Shown: piece by piece, positions 8,751-19,950 of the stretch
Numbering within the stretch: the first letter of the stretch is position 1
How the letters are laid out: each line of letters begins with the position of its first letter
NCBI GenBank assembly: GCA_051439505.1
Contig: JBFRWI010000053.1
Span: 1 to 64,000, forward strand
Direction: 5' to 3'
Length of the DNA stretch: 64,000 bases
Source of the DNA: Hormoscilla sp.
GTDB lineage: Bacteria > Cyanobacteriota > Cyanobacteriia > Cyanobacteriales > Desertifilaceae
The notes under the pieces: generated by a model
Seen by the model: the letters and a program-made list of their open reading frames with translations, nothing else
Told to the model about the DNA's origin: nothing
The model's database searches: none
Made by a program: the position numbers and the translations under genes

Positions 8751-10271
8751 CTAACGAACCGTTTCCAAACTGCGGACCTTAGTGTCAAACTTATCCAGCA
8801 AGAGATTCATCACCGTGCGTTTGCGCACCTTAATCCTCGTATTCACCTCCATTCCTGATTGGAGTCGCAGCCGCGTTTGGTTAGGAGGTTCTCCCACATT
8901 AAAGTGCTGTCTTGACAGCTCTATCTTCGCCGGAAACGAATAGTAGGGGCGAATTTGCGTAGGTTCTAACGCATCCGAACCCACCCAGACCAATTTACCC
9001 GGGATCGTGCCAAATTCCGAGGATGGAAAGGACGACACGTCTACTTCTACGTCCATCCCTTCCTTCACAAACCCGACATCTTTGTTCTGGAGATATACCT
9101 TTGCCAACAATTCGTCATTCGGCACGATCTTCACAATCACATCCGTCGCCTGAGCTACAGATTGCGGACCAACTTGCAGATCGAATACCACCCCATCCTT
9201 AGGCGATCGCACTTCTCGGTATCGCAGAGCTTGTCTGGCCTTAATTAGCTCCCCTTCTATTTCAGTCAATCGCTTCTGATTTTCCAGCTTTGCCCGACTC
9301 AATTGGGTATCTATTTCGGCAATTCTTTTTTGGTTTTCCGCAATGCGAGTCAGCACCTCTTTCGCCGAGATATCCCTCGTATTTTGCATCTGTTCTTGGG
9401 CCTGAGAAATTGCCACTTTCAGGCGCTGAATTTCCAGAATTAGCTGCTTAATTTCCGCTTGACGAGACAACACCTCATCTTCCTGACCCAACACCTGTTG
9501 CTTTTGTTGATCGTATCGCAACTGGGCCACTGCTCCTTCCTCCACCAGGGGCTCTAGTCTCTCCAGAGTACTTTGGGTAATGGCCAGTATCTGCTGGGCT
9601 TTTGCTAAACTTTCCCTGGTTGCTGCCAAGCGATCATCTGTTTGGGAAAGTTGCTTTTCCAGTTCTCTGACCTGCAATCTCGCAGCTTCCACTCTACTGC
9701 GATATTCCTCCCGACTCGCTCTTAATAACCGTCGTTGGTTAGCATTGAACTCCCCGCTAATTTCCGCTTCCGGGTCGTACCCGCCAATCTCAGCTGTGAG
9801 AAATACATTTTCATCTTGCAACGCATTTTTCAGCCGCACCAGCGCTACCAATTCTGGAGGACCGCCCTGAGTCCCCCCATGGACCTGATTCTTGTAAAAC
9901 TTGCTTTCTTCTAGCAACGTCTCCCGCAACTTGGTTAGGGACTCGATATCTGCTTCGGGGGCATCTTCTTCAAAGGTAACTAATAGGTCCCCCTCTTTGA
10001 CATATTCTCCGTCTTCAACATAAACTGCATCCACTACACCTGTCGTTGGGGCCTTCACTTCACTTACAGAACCTTCCGGTTCCAATTTCCCCATCGCTGG
10101 GACAGCTTCGTCGATTTTTGCTACCGCTGCCCAGACTATAGCAAAGCTCGTCACCCCCAGCAGCAGCCAGACCAAAACTTGCGACCAGATAATTGGTCGC
10201 TCTAGAATTACCGGTTGTTCGACAAAGGTTTCCGTATCTCTTTTTTTTACTTCTATTTTCTCTGCTTTCAT
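8751..10271 (-). CDS. HlyD-family type I secretion membrane fusion protein
   Basis: N-terminal TM segment, lipoyl-like VEDGEYVKEGDLL, long coiled coil, KDVGFV and LQSGM motifs. Confidence 0.93.
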   Translation of the reverse strand: MKAEKIEVKKRDTETFVEQPVILERPIIWSQVLVWLLLGVTSFAIVWAAVAKIDEAVPAMGKLEPEGSVSEVKAPTTGVVDAVYVEDGEYVKEGDLLVTFEEDAPEADIESLTKLRETLLEESKFYKNQVHGGTQGGPPELVALVRLKNALQDENVFLTAEIGGYDPEAEISGEFNANQRRLLRASREEYRSRVEAARLQVRELEKQLSQTDDRLAATRESLAKAQQILAITQSTLERLEPLVEEGAVAQLRYDQQKQQVLGQEDEVLSRQAEIKQLILEIQRLKVAISQAQEQMQNTRDISAKEVLTRIAENQKRIAEIDTQLSRAKLENQKRLTEIEGELIKARQALRYREVRSPKDGVVFDLQVGPQSVAQATDVIVKIVPNDELLAKVYLQNKDVGFVKEGMDVEVDVSSFPSSEFGTIPGKLVWVGSDALEPTQIRPYYSFPAKIELSRQHFNVGEPPNQTRLRLQSGMEVNTRIKVRKRTVMNLLLDKFDTKVRSLETVR

Positions 10272-10350
10272 TTAGACCTCGGTTGTTAATTGAAAATGGT
10301 GAATTGCTAATAGTCTCTAGCACTTCTCAGATTACTCTGATAATATATCG

Positions 10351-10421
10351 GAGATTGCTTCGGGGGGGGGAACTCATAAAGCCTAAGTTATCTGCTAGTC
10401 TCCCCCCCCTCGCAATGACAA
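10351..10421. repeat. Half copy of the GTCATTGCGAG palindromic element
   Basis: GAGATTGCTTCGGGGGG...CCCCCTCGCAATGACAA matches the right half of 1027-1177. Confidence 0.75.
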
Positions 10422-10510
10422 ATAGGCCATGTTGCTGTACCACATCAATGCATTCGAGATGAGCTATATATCCATTCGCAATTTTCAATTTGCAATTCAC
10501 CATCCTCACT

Positions 10511-13500
10511 TTACAGTTGCGCTTCTTGCTGTTGGAAGAGGCAATAGTAACGCCCTTTGGACGCCATCAATTCCTCATGTTTGCCCTGTTCTGCTAGAGA
10601 ACCCTTATCCATCATGATGATGATATCGGCATTTTTGACTGTAGACAGGCGGTGAGTGATAAAAAACACTGTTTCCCCTGTAAATGCGGATGCCAAGTTA
10701 TTACATACTTGTCGCTCCGAATCGTAATCCAGGGCGCTAGTTGCTTCGTCTAAAATCAGCAGCTTCGGTTTCTGCAACACCGTGCGCGCGATCGCGATCC
10801 GTTGCCGCTGACCCCCTGACAGAGAGGAGCCCCGTTCTCCCACCACCGTATTGTAACCCTGGGGAAGTTCCATAATGAAATCGTGAGCCACTGCTATTTT
10901 TGCCGCCTCAATTATTTCATCAGTAGTAGCTTCCGGTTTCGTCAGGGAAATATTATCCTGCACCGTGCCATTAAATAGCAAAGTATCCTGCAATACTACC
11001 CCAATCTGACGGCGCAGAGAGTAAAGTTCCACCTTGCTAATATCATAGCCATCGATTTTAATCCGACCCGAAGTGGGTTCGTAGAGGCGCTGCAACAGTT
11101 TCATGAGCGTACTCTTACCAGACCCACTCTGACCGACTATGCCCACAAAGCTGCCCTTGGGAAAATCCAAATTCACATTGGTCAGTTGCAGAGGACCGCT
11201 AGTGTTAAACCGGAAAGAGACCTCTTCATAGGTTACGCTACCTTGCACATCGGGCATGGGGATATTATTGCGATTCGCCTCATCCGCTTCTGGGGATGCA
11301 TCTAAGATATCGCTAAGTCGCTCGATCGACAGAGCCGTTTCCTGGAAGTTTTGCCACAGTTGAATCAAGCGCAGCAGGGGACTGGTAACATAGCCAGCAA
11401 TAATCCGAAAGGCGATCAACTTACCTAGGGTAAAGGGATTATCCGATGAAGCTGTCGATAGCACCAGACCTGCACCCACCCAGAGGATAGCCAGACCCGA
11501 AACCTTGTTCAAGAAACCGCTCAAGGCACCTGCCGTGCTGAAAGTCAGCACCGACTTAAAACCAGCACTGATATATTTAGCGTAGCGCTCTTGCCATTGC
11601 CAGCGGGATTTCAGTTCTATATTCTGGGCTTTAACCGTCTGGATCCCCCCTAACACTTCCACCAGGTAACTCTGCACGTCAGCATATCGCTCTGCCTTAT
11701 GGCGTAGCTGACGCCGCACGATCGGGGATACGAACAGGGTCAACAAGCCTAACATGGGCACCACTGCCAGAGCCCAAAGACTCAGCAGCCAGCTATAGTA
11801 AAACATCACCGCGATGTAAACTACAGAAAAGACCGCATCCAGCACCACCGTCAGCGCCGTACCCGTGAGAAACTTGCGGATATTTTCCAATTCGTTAATC
11901 CGACCCGCCAGTTCCCCAACTCGACGGCGATCGAAGTAATTTAGAGGTAGGCGCAGCAGGTGAGATATCACTTCCGCACCCAGACCCAAGTCAATGCGGT
12001 TAGTCGTGTCTACAAACAGGTACGTTCGCAGCCAGGTCAGCAGCCCTTCAAATATGGCCACCCCCAGTAACAATGCCCCCAGTACGTCCAGAGTATCGGG
12101 AGACCGCTGTACCAGAACCTTATCAATAATCACCTGAGTAATTAGGGGATTAGCGAGGCTAAACAGCTGCACGAAGAAAGAGGCAATAAAGACTTGGGTA
12201 AGGATGCCGCGATATTTTTGGACTGCCGGAATAAACCAGCGGAAACCGAATTTTTCCCTTTGTTCCCCAGGAGGAGGTTGGATCAGCAGTACCTGACCTC
12301 GATCGCCCCATATTTCGGCAAAATCACCAGCACGCTTTTTAATCAGCCCCCTTTCGGGCACTGCCATTACCATATTTTTTTCCGTAATCTGGTAGAGAAT
12401 GGCAAAGCTACCTTGCCACTGAATCAGTGCTGGTGCTTTCACGCGGTTTACCGAACTGACTGGCACTTCCACCAGCTGCGCTCGCATACCCATCATTTCC
12501 GCGATCGCCCCACAAGCCTGCATCGATATTTGTCCAGTTCTGTTGAGCTGATCCTTTAAGATTTTCTCCAGGATGTCGCGGCGAAACTTGGCTCCGGTAT
12601 GCTTGCTCAACATGTGGAAGCAAGCTAGGGGGGCGTTTATCGGTCCACCTCCCCTCACGAAGGGAAATCTCGGGACTGGCGCTAGGGGGTCTTGTTCCAG
12701 TTCCGGAGGGCGATCGGGCCCATAGGGAATCTCCTCCAAGGAGCTAATTTCTGCTGTTTCTGGCTCTTGGATAGTGGTAATGGCGCTTGTTTTTTGAGCC
12801 AAGACCAGAGTGCCATTTGACTCTGTCGGACTTTCTGTCGTCACTGGAGCAATACCCGTCCGGGGCAGTTCAGATGGCAATCGCAACCCCAACAATCTCA
12901 ATCCTTTGCTCGGAGGAGAACCCGCGATCGTCAGGGTCTCAATATTTTCTGGAGACAGGGTTTCCAGGGGCAATCTGCTGCCCGTGGTATAATTCCCAAT
13001 GCTGCCACTACTGACTAGCCAAATTCTTTCTGGGTCCAGGGTCGAGAGCAGATCTTTTGTTTGCACCTTCGGCGGCCCTAAATTCACCAATGTCGGATTA
13101 TTCTCCCACACTTGAGCCGATAGTTCTTTGAGATTTACCGTGCCATCCGCCCGCCGCTGCAACTCCAGGCTCAACAATTCAAACAGCTCGCTCATGGAGC
13201 AGCTTTGCTGCAATGCTTCGGCAAAAGCTGGCTCCCGACGCATCAGGTCTAAAAAGTCCTCTGCTGCGATCGTAATGCAAACTACCTCCGTTGAGGCGAT
13301 CGCCGTTTCGCAGGCGATGCCCCGCACCAAACCTGCCCATCCTAGCACTTCACCCGGTCCTGCCAATTTCAAGCTCGCAGGCATTTGCATCCGCTGGTCG
13401 TATCCCAACTGGCGCACCTGTCCCTGATAGACGATCGACACAAAAGCTGGTAGTTTTTCCCGCACCAAAATTGGTTGTCCAATCCTGTAGCGCAACAGCT

Positions 13501-13606
13501 TAAACTTCCCCATCACCTGTTGCAAGGCACTGAGGCTGATTTTTGAGAAGGGAGAAACTTCTCTGATAAACCCTTCTATTTGTGACTGGGATACGGCTTG
13601 GGTCAT
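10511..13606 (-). CDS. HlyB-like type I secretion ABC transporter with N-terminal cNMP-binding-like and C39-like domains
   Basis: GQSGSGKST, LSGGQRQR, LILDEATSALD; six-TM region beginning FFVQLFSLANPL; adjacent to HlyD gene. Confidence 0.94.
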   Translation of the reverse strand: MTQAVSQSQIEGFIREVSPFSKISLSALQQVMGKFKLLRYRIGQPILVREKLPAFVSIVYQGQVRQLGYDQRMQMPASLKLAGPGEVLGWAGLVRGIACETAIASTEVVCITIAAEDFLDLMRREPAFAEALQQSCSMSELFELLSLELQRRADGTVNLKELSAQVWENNPTLVNLGPPKVQTKDLLSTLDPERIWLVSSGSIGNYTTGSRLPLETLSPENIETLTIAGSPPSKGLRLLGLRLPSELPRTGIAPVTTESPTESNGTLVLAQKTSAITTIQEPETAEISSLEEIPYGPDRPPELEQDPLAPVPRFPFVRGGGPINAPLACFHMLSKHTGAKFRRDILEKILKDQLNRTGQISMQACGAIAEMMGMRAQLVEVPVSSVNRVKAPALIQWQGSFAILYQITEKNMVMAVPERGLIKKRAGDFAEIWGDRGQVLLIQPPPGEQREKFGFRWFIPAVQKYRGILTQVFIASFFVQLFSLANPLITQVIIDKVLVQRSPDTLDVLGALLLGVAIFEGLLTWLRTYLFVDTTNRIDLGLGAEVISHLLRLPLNYFDRRRVGELAGRINELENIRKFLTGTALTVVLDAVFSVVYIAVMFYYSWLLSLWALAVVPMLGLLTLFVSPIVRRQLRHKAERYADVQSYLVEVLGGIQTVKAQNIELKSRWQWQERYAKYISAGFKSVLTFSTAGALSGFLNKVSGLAILWVGAGLVLSTASSDNPFTLGKLIAFRIIAGYVTSPLLRLIQLWQNFQETALSIERLSDILDASPEADEANRNNIPMPDVQGSVTYEEVSFRFNTSGPLQLTNVNLDFPKGSFVGIVGQSGSGKSTLMKLLQRLYEPTSGRIKIDGYDISKVELYSLRRQIGVVLQDTLLFNGTVQDNISLTKPEATTDEIIEAAKIAVAHDFIMELPQGYNTVVGERGSSLSGGQRQRIAIARTVLQKPKLLILDEATSALDYDSERQVCNNLASAFTGETVFFITHRLSTVKNADIIIMMDKGSLAEQGKHEELMASKGRYYCLFQQQEAQL

Positions 13607-13881
13607 ATTTTTCTGGCTGAATACTTTTTTCTTTTGGTTTTACTCTCTCCTAGCTAATGGCTTTGAGATCTTGATTTTTTAACTCTTTTCGGCATCTGCC
13701 CACCATTATTTCCCCTTGTTAAAATTTTATCCCCCACTTATTTCCTCTCCACTCCCTTCCCTGCTGACGGCTTGGGTTATTACTTTTTCTCTTTGAGCTT
13801 CCCCACTAACAACTTACATATAATACAACTTACCACCCACTAATGACCATTTACCCTTGAGCGCCTATCGCCCACTACAAA

Positions 13882-14676
13882 CTATCCAACTATACCAGGA
13901 GTCAAGTAAATTGGGGCGTTAGCATCGCTCATGGCCTGGGGCTTTTGATCTTTTCTCTTGATCTGGCCTTTCTTTTGGATCTCTTCCCGGAGCCAGCTTT
14001 CAAACAATTCATCCATCAATTGACGACGCATGCCGTCATCCAACTGAGCTGGGATCGTTTTTTCTAACCTGACAATCACGAACCATTCCCCCAAGTTTCG
14101 AGGCGGCCATAGTTGACCTGGTTGAGAGACCGACAGAATTTTTCCCAATGTCGGATGGGGCTGAGCTATGGGCACCGGACCTAATAGACCCCCCGTATGG
14201 GCTTCCGGTCCCTGAGAATGTTCTCGTGCCAATTCCGCAAAGGACTGTTCTTCTTCTTGGATCCGAAAGTAGATTTCTTGGGCCAGACCGACATCCTTCG
14301 TCCTGATCAGGGAATATACTACCTGATCCAGAGAAGTTTTGCGGGTCAGGTAATAGGATTCCACTTTTTTGCCCCAGTTCGCTTGCTTAAATTTTTCTAG
14401 CAGCACGGGGCGCACCGCGATCGCCTCCAGATCGGCAGATGTCATCCCTTGACTCTCTAACCAAGTCGCCTTTGCTTGAGGGTCGGTTATTTTCAGCTGC
14501 CCTTCCACCGCTTGGATCGCCTGAGACCTTTCTTGTTCCGTACAGGTCACCTCCGCGATCGCCTGGTCGATCAGCAGACCCCGCACCACTTGCGGCATTA
14601 ACTGATAACGAGTTAATAGGGATATGATTTCATCACTTTTTACTACCTTATTGCCAATTTCCAGAATTTCCACCAT
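13882..14676 (-). CDS. PpiC/parvulin-type peptidyl-prolyl isomerase associated with the T1SS
   Basis: VVYSLIRTKD, SFAELAREHSQGPE, GGLLGP; start 14676 or 14697. Confidence 0.88.
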   Translation of the reverse strand: MVEILEIGNKVVKSDEIISLLTRYQLMPQVVRGLLIDQAIAEVTCTEQERSQAIQAVEGQLKITDPQAKATWLESQGMTSADLEAIAVRPVLLEKFKQANWGKKVESYYLTRKTSLDQVVYSLIRTKDVGLAQEIYFRIQEEEQSFAELAREHSQGPEAHTGGLLGPVPIAQPHPTLGKILSVSQPGQLWPPRNLGEWFVIVRLEKTIPAQLDDGMRRQLMDELFESWLREEIQKKGQIKRKDQKPQAMSDANAPIYLTPGIVG

Positions 14677-15522
14677 TTTTTCCCGCGCTTGCAGCAAAAT
14701 CTCTCATATTGGATTTTATATTTTCCCTTGTCGAACTCCCTTTCTTTCCCCGATCGACTCGCCTCCTTTTCCCATGGTATCACCAGTCACTGGCTGCGAC
14801 TGCGGCCCGAGCCGATGAGCACCCGCATTGCAGCCGACTGTCTGAGGGTAGCATAACATTCTTCAATTCCTGTCTGTGGGGGATTGTTGATTGGCGAGCG
14901 AGCACGCGATCGGTCCTGGTCAGCTGGCTCGGCGGTGCTTGGGATCTCCAGCCTTGAGGGCGCTTGGGCCCGGCCCTATGTCTCCTTGCTGACAACTCAT
15001 AGCGCGGATACCAGATGTTCTACAACATCTGGAGGCCCGAATCCCGATCGCGCCCACCCCCGCACTAGATTTTATTGATTGACCGTGGCAATGCCAAGTC
15101 CCGACCCTGGTTCTGCCGGTCCATCCCGCGACTCTTGCTTCTGGGTTGGCTTCCCGATCGGGGGACAACTATCTTTGGCGCTCTCTCTGGTAAAATTTAC
15201 CAGATTGTTGACTTTTCTGGCATCTGCCAAGCCATCAAAATGTTCGGTGGTCGGTCGCCAGTAGATATTCGCCGGTGCGACTACGGATAGCCGCTGCCAC
15301 TTGCGTCCCCGCATTATACATCACAGACATCCTTTTGTCTCCCACGATCGCCCACTATCTGACAATTGGGACCCTTTAAGCTAGCATCAATAGCCACGAC
15401 TCTCAGCCCGCAGCTATTGTGAAGCTATAGCAGTCCCAGGCAGATGGTGCTGGCACATGACAAATCTCGATCGTCAATTAACAATCAACAATTAGCAATT
15501 AACAATTAGCAATTAACAATCT

Positions 15523-16389
15523 ATGGGAATTCTGTTCGCGATCGCCCATTTTTTCAATCCCACGGGACAGGGAAAGCATGCTTCCCAGCGCAAAGATCCC
15601 CGACCCCGCATCCAGGCATTGGCAGTGGCGATCGCCAGCCTGCATCAGGCATTTAGCAAGTCTCAATGTACGATCGATATAGGTCAGCGGGTGGCAGTGC
15701 CAGCAAATCAGTTGCAATCCCATGATATTGATATTGTTATCTGTACCACTGGTAATTATCATTTATTAGATCGTTTACCTTTACCCGCGCATTTCTACAA
15801 ACATCACCCCACTCAGGCCGAACCAATGCTCTTGGGATTTGCCTGTCAGGAGCTATTGCGAGAATCTTTGGGACAATATGATTATTACTGCTTCCTGGAA
15901 GATGACTTGATTATATCCGATCCCTGGTTCTTTATCAAGCTAGCTTGGTTTACCAAAATGACGGGCACAAGGAATCTCCTGCAACCAAACCGCTACGAAG
16001 TTTCTGCCCAGGGTCTCGTTCGCAAAGCCTACATTGATGGGGACTTGGCACCAAGAGTCACGGCACCGTTTCAGAATGTCCGAGAAGAACCAGAATTAAA
16101 AGGTCAAGTGATGGGAACACCAGTAATTTTCCGCCGGGCCCTAAACCCCCATTCCGGCTGCTATTTCTTGAATGGGGCACAGATGGCACATTGGGCAGAG
16201 CAACCCTATTTTCTAGATAAGGATACCAGTTTTGTCGGACCCCTGGAAAGTGCTGCGACCCTGGGCATTATGAAGACATTTAAAATTTATAAACCCGCCC
16301 CATCTAATGCTGGGTTTCTGGAAATTCAGCATTATGGGAACGGGTTTTTGAGTCTGATTGGAGGACAAGTGCGATTGCCTTCATCCTAG
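15523..16389 (+). CDS. Conserved hypothetical protein, possible GT-A-fold glycosyltransferase
   Basis: 288-aa ORF with YDYYCFLEDDL (acidic motif after a beta strand); divergent gene inside the T1SS/RTX locus. Confidence 0.6.
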   Translation: MGILFAIAHFFNPTGQGKHASQRKDPRPRIQALAVAIASLHQAFSKSQCTIDIGQRVAVPANQLQSHDIDIVICTTGNYHLLDRLPLPAHFYKHHPTQAEPMLLGFACQELLRESLGQYDYYCFLEDDLIISDPWFFIKLAWFTKMTGTRNLLQPNRYEVSAQGLVRKAYIDGDLAPRVTAPFQNVREEPELKGQVMGTPVIFRRALNPHSGCYFLNGAQMAHWAEQPYFLDKDTSFVGPLESAATLGIMKTFKIYKPAPSNAGFLEIQHYGNGFLSLIGGQVRLPSS

Positions 16390-16422
16390 CAAAGGTAAGG
16401 TGGGCAGTACACACTCTACTTG

Positions 16423-18033
16423 CTACTCTATCAGATCGAAGTTATTAGAAGTAACAGTATTGGCCTGTACTCCCAGTAATGTCGCCAGAGCAACGTCAAA
16501 GCCAGTGTTATAGCTGGTGCCTAAGCCAGTGTTCTCCAGGTAAATAACTGTATCATTACCAACCTGAGCAGCGCCAATTTGTCCTACATCAGCGGAGCCA
16601 ATACCATCAGCGTTCGCCGCACTGAATTGATCGCCATAGACTACTGGTATCCCGACGATCGTGAAGGTGCGATCTTCGATGACAAGGATATCATTGTTTA
16701 CGTCAAAGGATTGGATGAAGTCAGCTTGCTGTTGAGTAACTGCTCGGGGACTACCCAACAGCGGATCTGCTTCTGTCACGTCCATGAGACTGTAGATAAA
16801 CAGATCTCCAGCATCATCAGCAACTGCTCCAACCTCGTTACCAACCAAGGTGTCACTACCTGCACCTCCTTCTAAAGCATCCTCGCCCAAACCACCAATC
16901 AGGCTATCATTGCCATCTTCACCGCCGATGGCATCGTCCCCATCACCGCCTAGAACTGTATCGTTACCATTGTCACCAAACAGGATGTCAATGTCATCGC
17001 CACCTTCAATACTGTCATTGCCATCGCCACCGAGAACAAAGTCTTCGCCCTCGCCACCTAGAATCGTGTCGCGGCCATTACCGCCTTCAATACTGTCGTC
17101 GCCAATGCCGCCATCAATCAGGTCATCTCCACCTTCGCCCAAGATGGTGTCATCACCTGCGCCACCCTCGATCGTGTCGCCAAAGATGAAGTTTGGGTCT
17201 GGGAATGCTTCATCGCCACCTAATAGAGAGTCGTCGCCATCTCCACCACTGAGGAAGTCGCGACCAGCCAAACCGCCTCGAATTGTGTCGTCGCCTTCAT
17301 CACCAAACAGGTCGTCCTCGCCGTAACCGCCGACAACGCTGTCGTCTCCCTCGCCCCCGAGAAGGGTATCGTTGCCAGGAACTCCTGTCTCGGGATTGTT
17401 AGGATTGTCACTATCTTCTCTGCCGATCGTGTCGTTCCCCAAGTCACCAAAGATGACATCGCTGCCTCCAGTGTGATCCAGGTCTTCGGTGAAGATATCG
17501 ATCAGATCGTCGCCCTGACCGCCGTAGATAGTGTCGCTGCCATCACTACCAAAGATGGTATCTTCACCTTGATTACCTAAGATGATGTCCCGAGTCATGC
17601 TTGGAGAGCCAAACCCAATGCCAAAGGAGGGGTCGTCCCCAACTATGAAGTCATTGCCGTTGTCTCCGTAGATGGTGTCATTGCCCAAATTACCTTCTAT
17701 AATGTCGTTGCCCTGACCACCCCGGATGCTGTCGTTCGATTCACCACCGACAATACTGTCATTGCCTTGATTACCTTGCATGAAGCTGGGGCCACCAAGA
17801 CCCACCATGGTATCGTCACCCTCACCTCCAAACATGTTGGCAGCTTTCCCGGGGACGGTGCCAGTCATGAAGTCATCGCCTAGATCGCCAAAGATATACC
17901 CCTCGACGCCAAACTCAAAACCTAGGGTATCGTTGCCTTGACCCCCTCTGAGGGTATCAAACCCTGTGGGTTCTCCTCTGTTAATCAAAACCGCATCATT
18001 TGGACTCGGGCCGAGTATAATTTCTTCTCCCAT
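16423..18033 (-). CDS. RTX/hemolysin-type calcium-binding secreted protein
   Basis: Dozens of GGxGxDxL/I nonapeptides, very acidic, no signal peptide, C-terminus NNFDLIE. Confidence 0.93.
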   Translation of the reverse strand: MGEEIILGPSPNDAVLINRGEPTGFDTLRGGQGNDTLGFEFGVEGYIFGDLGDDFMTGTVPGKAANMFGGEGDDTMVGLGGPSFMQGNQGNDSIVGGESNDSIRGGQGNDIIEGNLGNDTIYGDNGNDFIVGDDPSFGIGFGSPSMTRDIILGNQGEDTIFGSDGSDTIYGGQGDDLIDIFTEDLDHTGGSDVIFGDLGNDTIGREDSDNPNNPETGVPGNDTLLGGEGDDSVVGGYGEDDLFGDEGDDTIRGGLAGRDFLSGGDGDDSLLGGDEAFPDPNFIFGDTIEGGAGDDTILGEGGDDLIDGGIGDDSIEGGNGRDTILGGEGEDFVLGGDGNDSIEGGDDIDILFGDNGNDTVLGGDGDDAIGGEDGNDSLIGGLGEDALEGGAGSDTLVGNEVGAVADDAGDLFIYSLMDVTEADPLLGSPRAVTQQQADFIQSFDVNNDILVIEDRTFTIVGIPVVYGDQFSAANADGIGSADVGQIGAAQVGNDTVIYLENTGLGTSYNTGFDVALATLLGVQANTVTSNNFDLIE

Positions 18034-18396
18034 TGTTCACTCCATCTCCTTCACTACAATTTGTTGCTGAGACGCATTACATCTTTCTATCTATCGAGGT
18101 TATATACCTCTGTCACCGGATTAGACCGGTAGTTTTGGCGCTGTTGTGTCACTTGACATCTATCATCATCTCATACCTGTCAAGTAACACAGCTGGCCGT
18201 CATCGATACCTACCCAACGGCTGCGATGGTCTGACCGACGTGATTTTTACAGAGCTTATCATATCATCATCACAGGGAAATTTAGCTGTTTCCCGATCGG
18301 GATTAAGAAGTCAAATCAGGTACTCTATACAACTTTGAGTGCAGGGATTTCGGAATCTGGCTACCAAAAAAGGCCATTCGTCTGGTAGCCTGGTGG

Positions 18397-19686
18397 TTAT
18401 TTCAGGGCAAAACCCTTGTTCTGCTTCTTCTTGCCTTTGGCTGCTGGCTTAGATTTCGCCGGTGGCGATACCTGACCGTTGGCCACATCCCGCACCAGCT
18501 GTAGATGTCGCGGTAACAACTTCGCTAGCGCATATCTTTCTAATACTGTCTCCCGGGCCCGCGATCGCAAGTCGGCCATGCGGGTGGGATGGTCCAGCAC
18601 TTCACATACTCGATCGGCTATTTGCTTGGGAGAAAAGAAATCTACCAGTAAGCCATTTTCCCCATCCCGGATTACCTCCCGCACCGGTGGCGTGTCTGAG
18701 GCCACGATCGCGCATCCCACTGACATGGACTCAATCATGGACCAGGATAGGACAAAGGGTCGAGTTAAATAAATATGGGCAGAAGATGCTTGAATTACTT
18801 TTAAGTAAAGGCCATAGGGTAAGGAACCGACAAAATGCACTCGCGACCAATCTAGCTTGACTTTTTCTTGCATGTCTGCTTTGTAAGTCTTGCCATCCGG
18901 CAGGGATTTGCCATAGCATACTCGTTCGGAACCCACAGCTACTACATGACAGCTGGGTCTGCGTTCCAGAAGATAAGCCAAGGATTCGATAAACTGGGGA
19001 AAGCCTCGATAGGGTTCCATTCCCCGGGACACGTAGGTGACAATCTCGTCAACTCCGGATAGATCTAACTCTGGCAACACCAGTTTAGCATCGGGTACGG
19101 GCTGAAAGTAATCTGTATCTACCCCATCATGAATTACGGAGATTTTATCGTGGAATTCTGGCGGAAACTGAGACTTTTGCCACTCGGTGGGGGACAGTCC
19201 CCAGTCACAGGCGTACAGATCTTGCAAGATGGGGGCATTCTTTAAGCGGATGCGACAGAGATCGTCTAGGGTCAGGGGGTCCGCTGGATCGAAGTCGGCG
19301 TCAGATCCTCGGGAATGATAGAACCATTCAAAGAAACACATTAGCTTTGTCTTGGGAAAGGCGTCTTTCATAAATAGGGTCGGCCCCCAACCGGAATGTC
19401 CGTATACTATATCTGGAACAAAATTCATTGATTTGAGTTTTTCGGCGACGCGAAATACTGCTTGTCCTTGCAATACGGCATTTTCTAGAGTCCGGACGTA
19501 ATGATGGGTTTCTGGACGCGCTTCCCGACTGGGGGTATAGACAACCTTTTGCACTCCCGGGATCGCCCATTCTGGGCGTTCGTTTTTGGTGGCAAATACT
19601 ACCTGGTTTTTCGGGTCGCTGCCAAAGGAGGTGGCGAGATGACGAAACTGGGCCGGGAAATTGGGATGTAAAAATAGAATTCTCAT
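18397..19686 (-). CDS. GT4-family glycosyltransferase
   Basis: LHPNFPAQF, GHSGWG, RGMEPYRGFPQF, YLTRPFVLSWSMIESM motifs. Confidence 0.9.
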   Translation of the reverse strand: MRILFLHPNFPAQFRHLATSFGSDPKNQVVFATKNERPEWAIPGVQKVVYTPSREARPETHHYVRTLENAVLQGQAVFRVAEKLKSMNFVPDIVYGHSGWGPTLFMKDAFPKTKLMCFFEWFYHSRGSDADFDPADPLTLDDLCRIRLKNAPILQDLYACDWGLSPTEWQKSQFPPEFHDKISVIHDGVDTDYFQPVPDAKLVLPELDLSGVDEIVTYVSRGMEPYRGFPQFIESLAYLLERRPSCHVVAVGSERVCYGKSLPDGKTYKADMQEKVKLDWSRVHFVGSLPYGLYLKVIQASSAHIYLTRPFVLSWSMIESMSVGCAIVASDTPPVREVIRDGENGLLVDFFSPKQIADRVCEVLDHPTRMADLRSRARETVLERYALAKLLPRHLQLVRDVANGQVSPPAKSKPAAKGKKKQNKGFALK

Positions 19687-19856
19687 TGTTAGTTGTTAGT
19701 TGTTAGTTGTTAGTTGTCAGATTATACAAGACGGGGATGTCCTCACACTAGCAGTGAGGGTACCGGCGACACTCCCCTGTTAGCTGGTGGATGTGATGGT
19801 CGTCATATTGGCCACGGTCCCCCGATCGCTGGTCTGTTCCATAGGCAATTTTATAT

Positions 19857-19876
19857 TATAATGATAATAAATAACA
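19857..19876 (+). promoter_or_regulatory. Possible Fur/Zur-family box
   Basis: TATAATGATAATAAATAAC matches the classical GATAATGATAATCATTATC at 15/19, ~75 nt before ATG 19951; AT-rich context lowers significance. Confidence 0.3.
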
Positions 19877-19950
19877 ATCTCAGATCAGTTGACAGTCAGC
19901 GACATCTTAATGATAAAGTATGACTAGCACAGGACTGAAGAAAGATAATT

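Noticed and set aside
16850..17326. Ser/Pro-rich repetitive plus-strand ORF
   Set aside because: Antisense shadow of the RTX GGxGxD repeats
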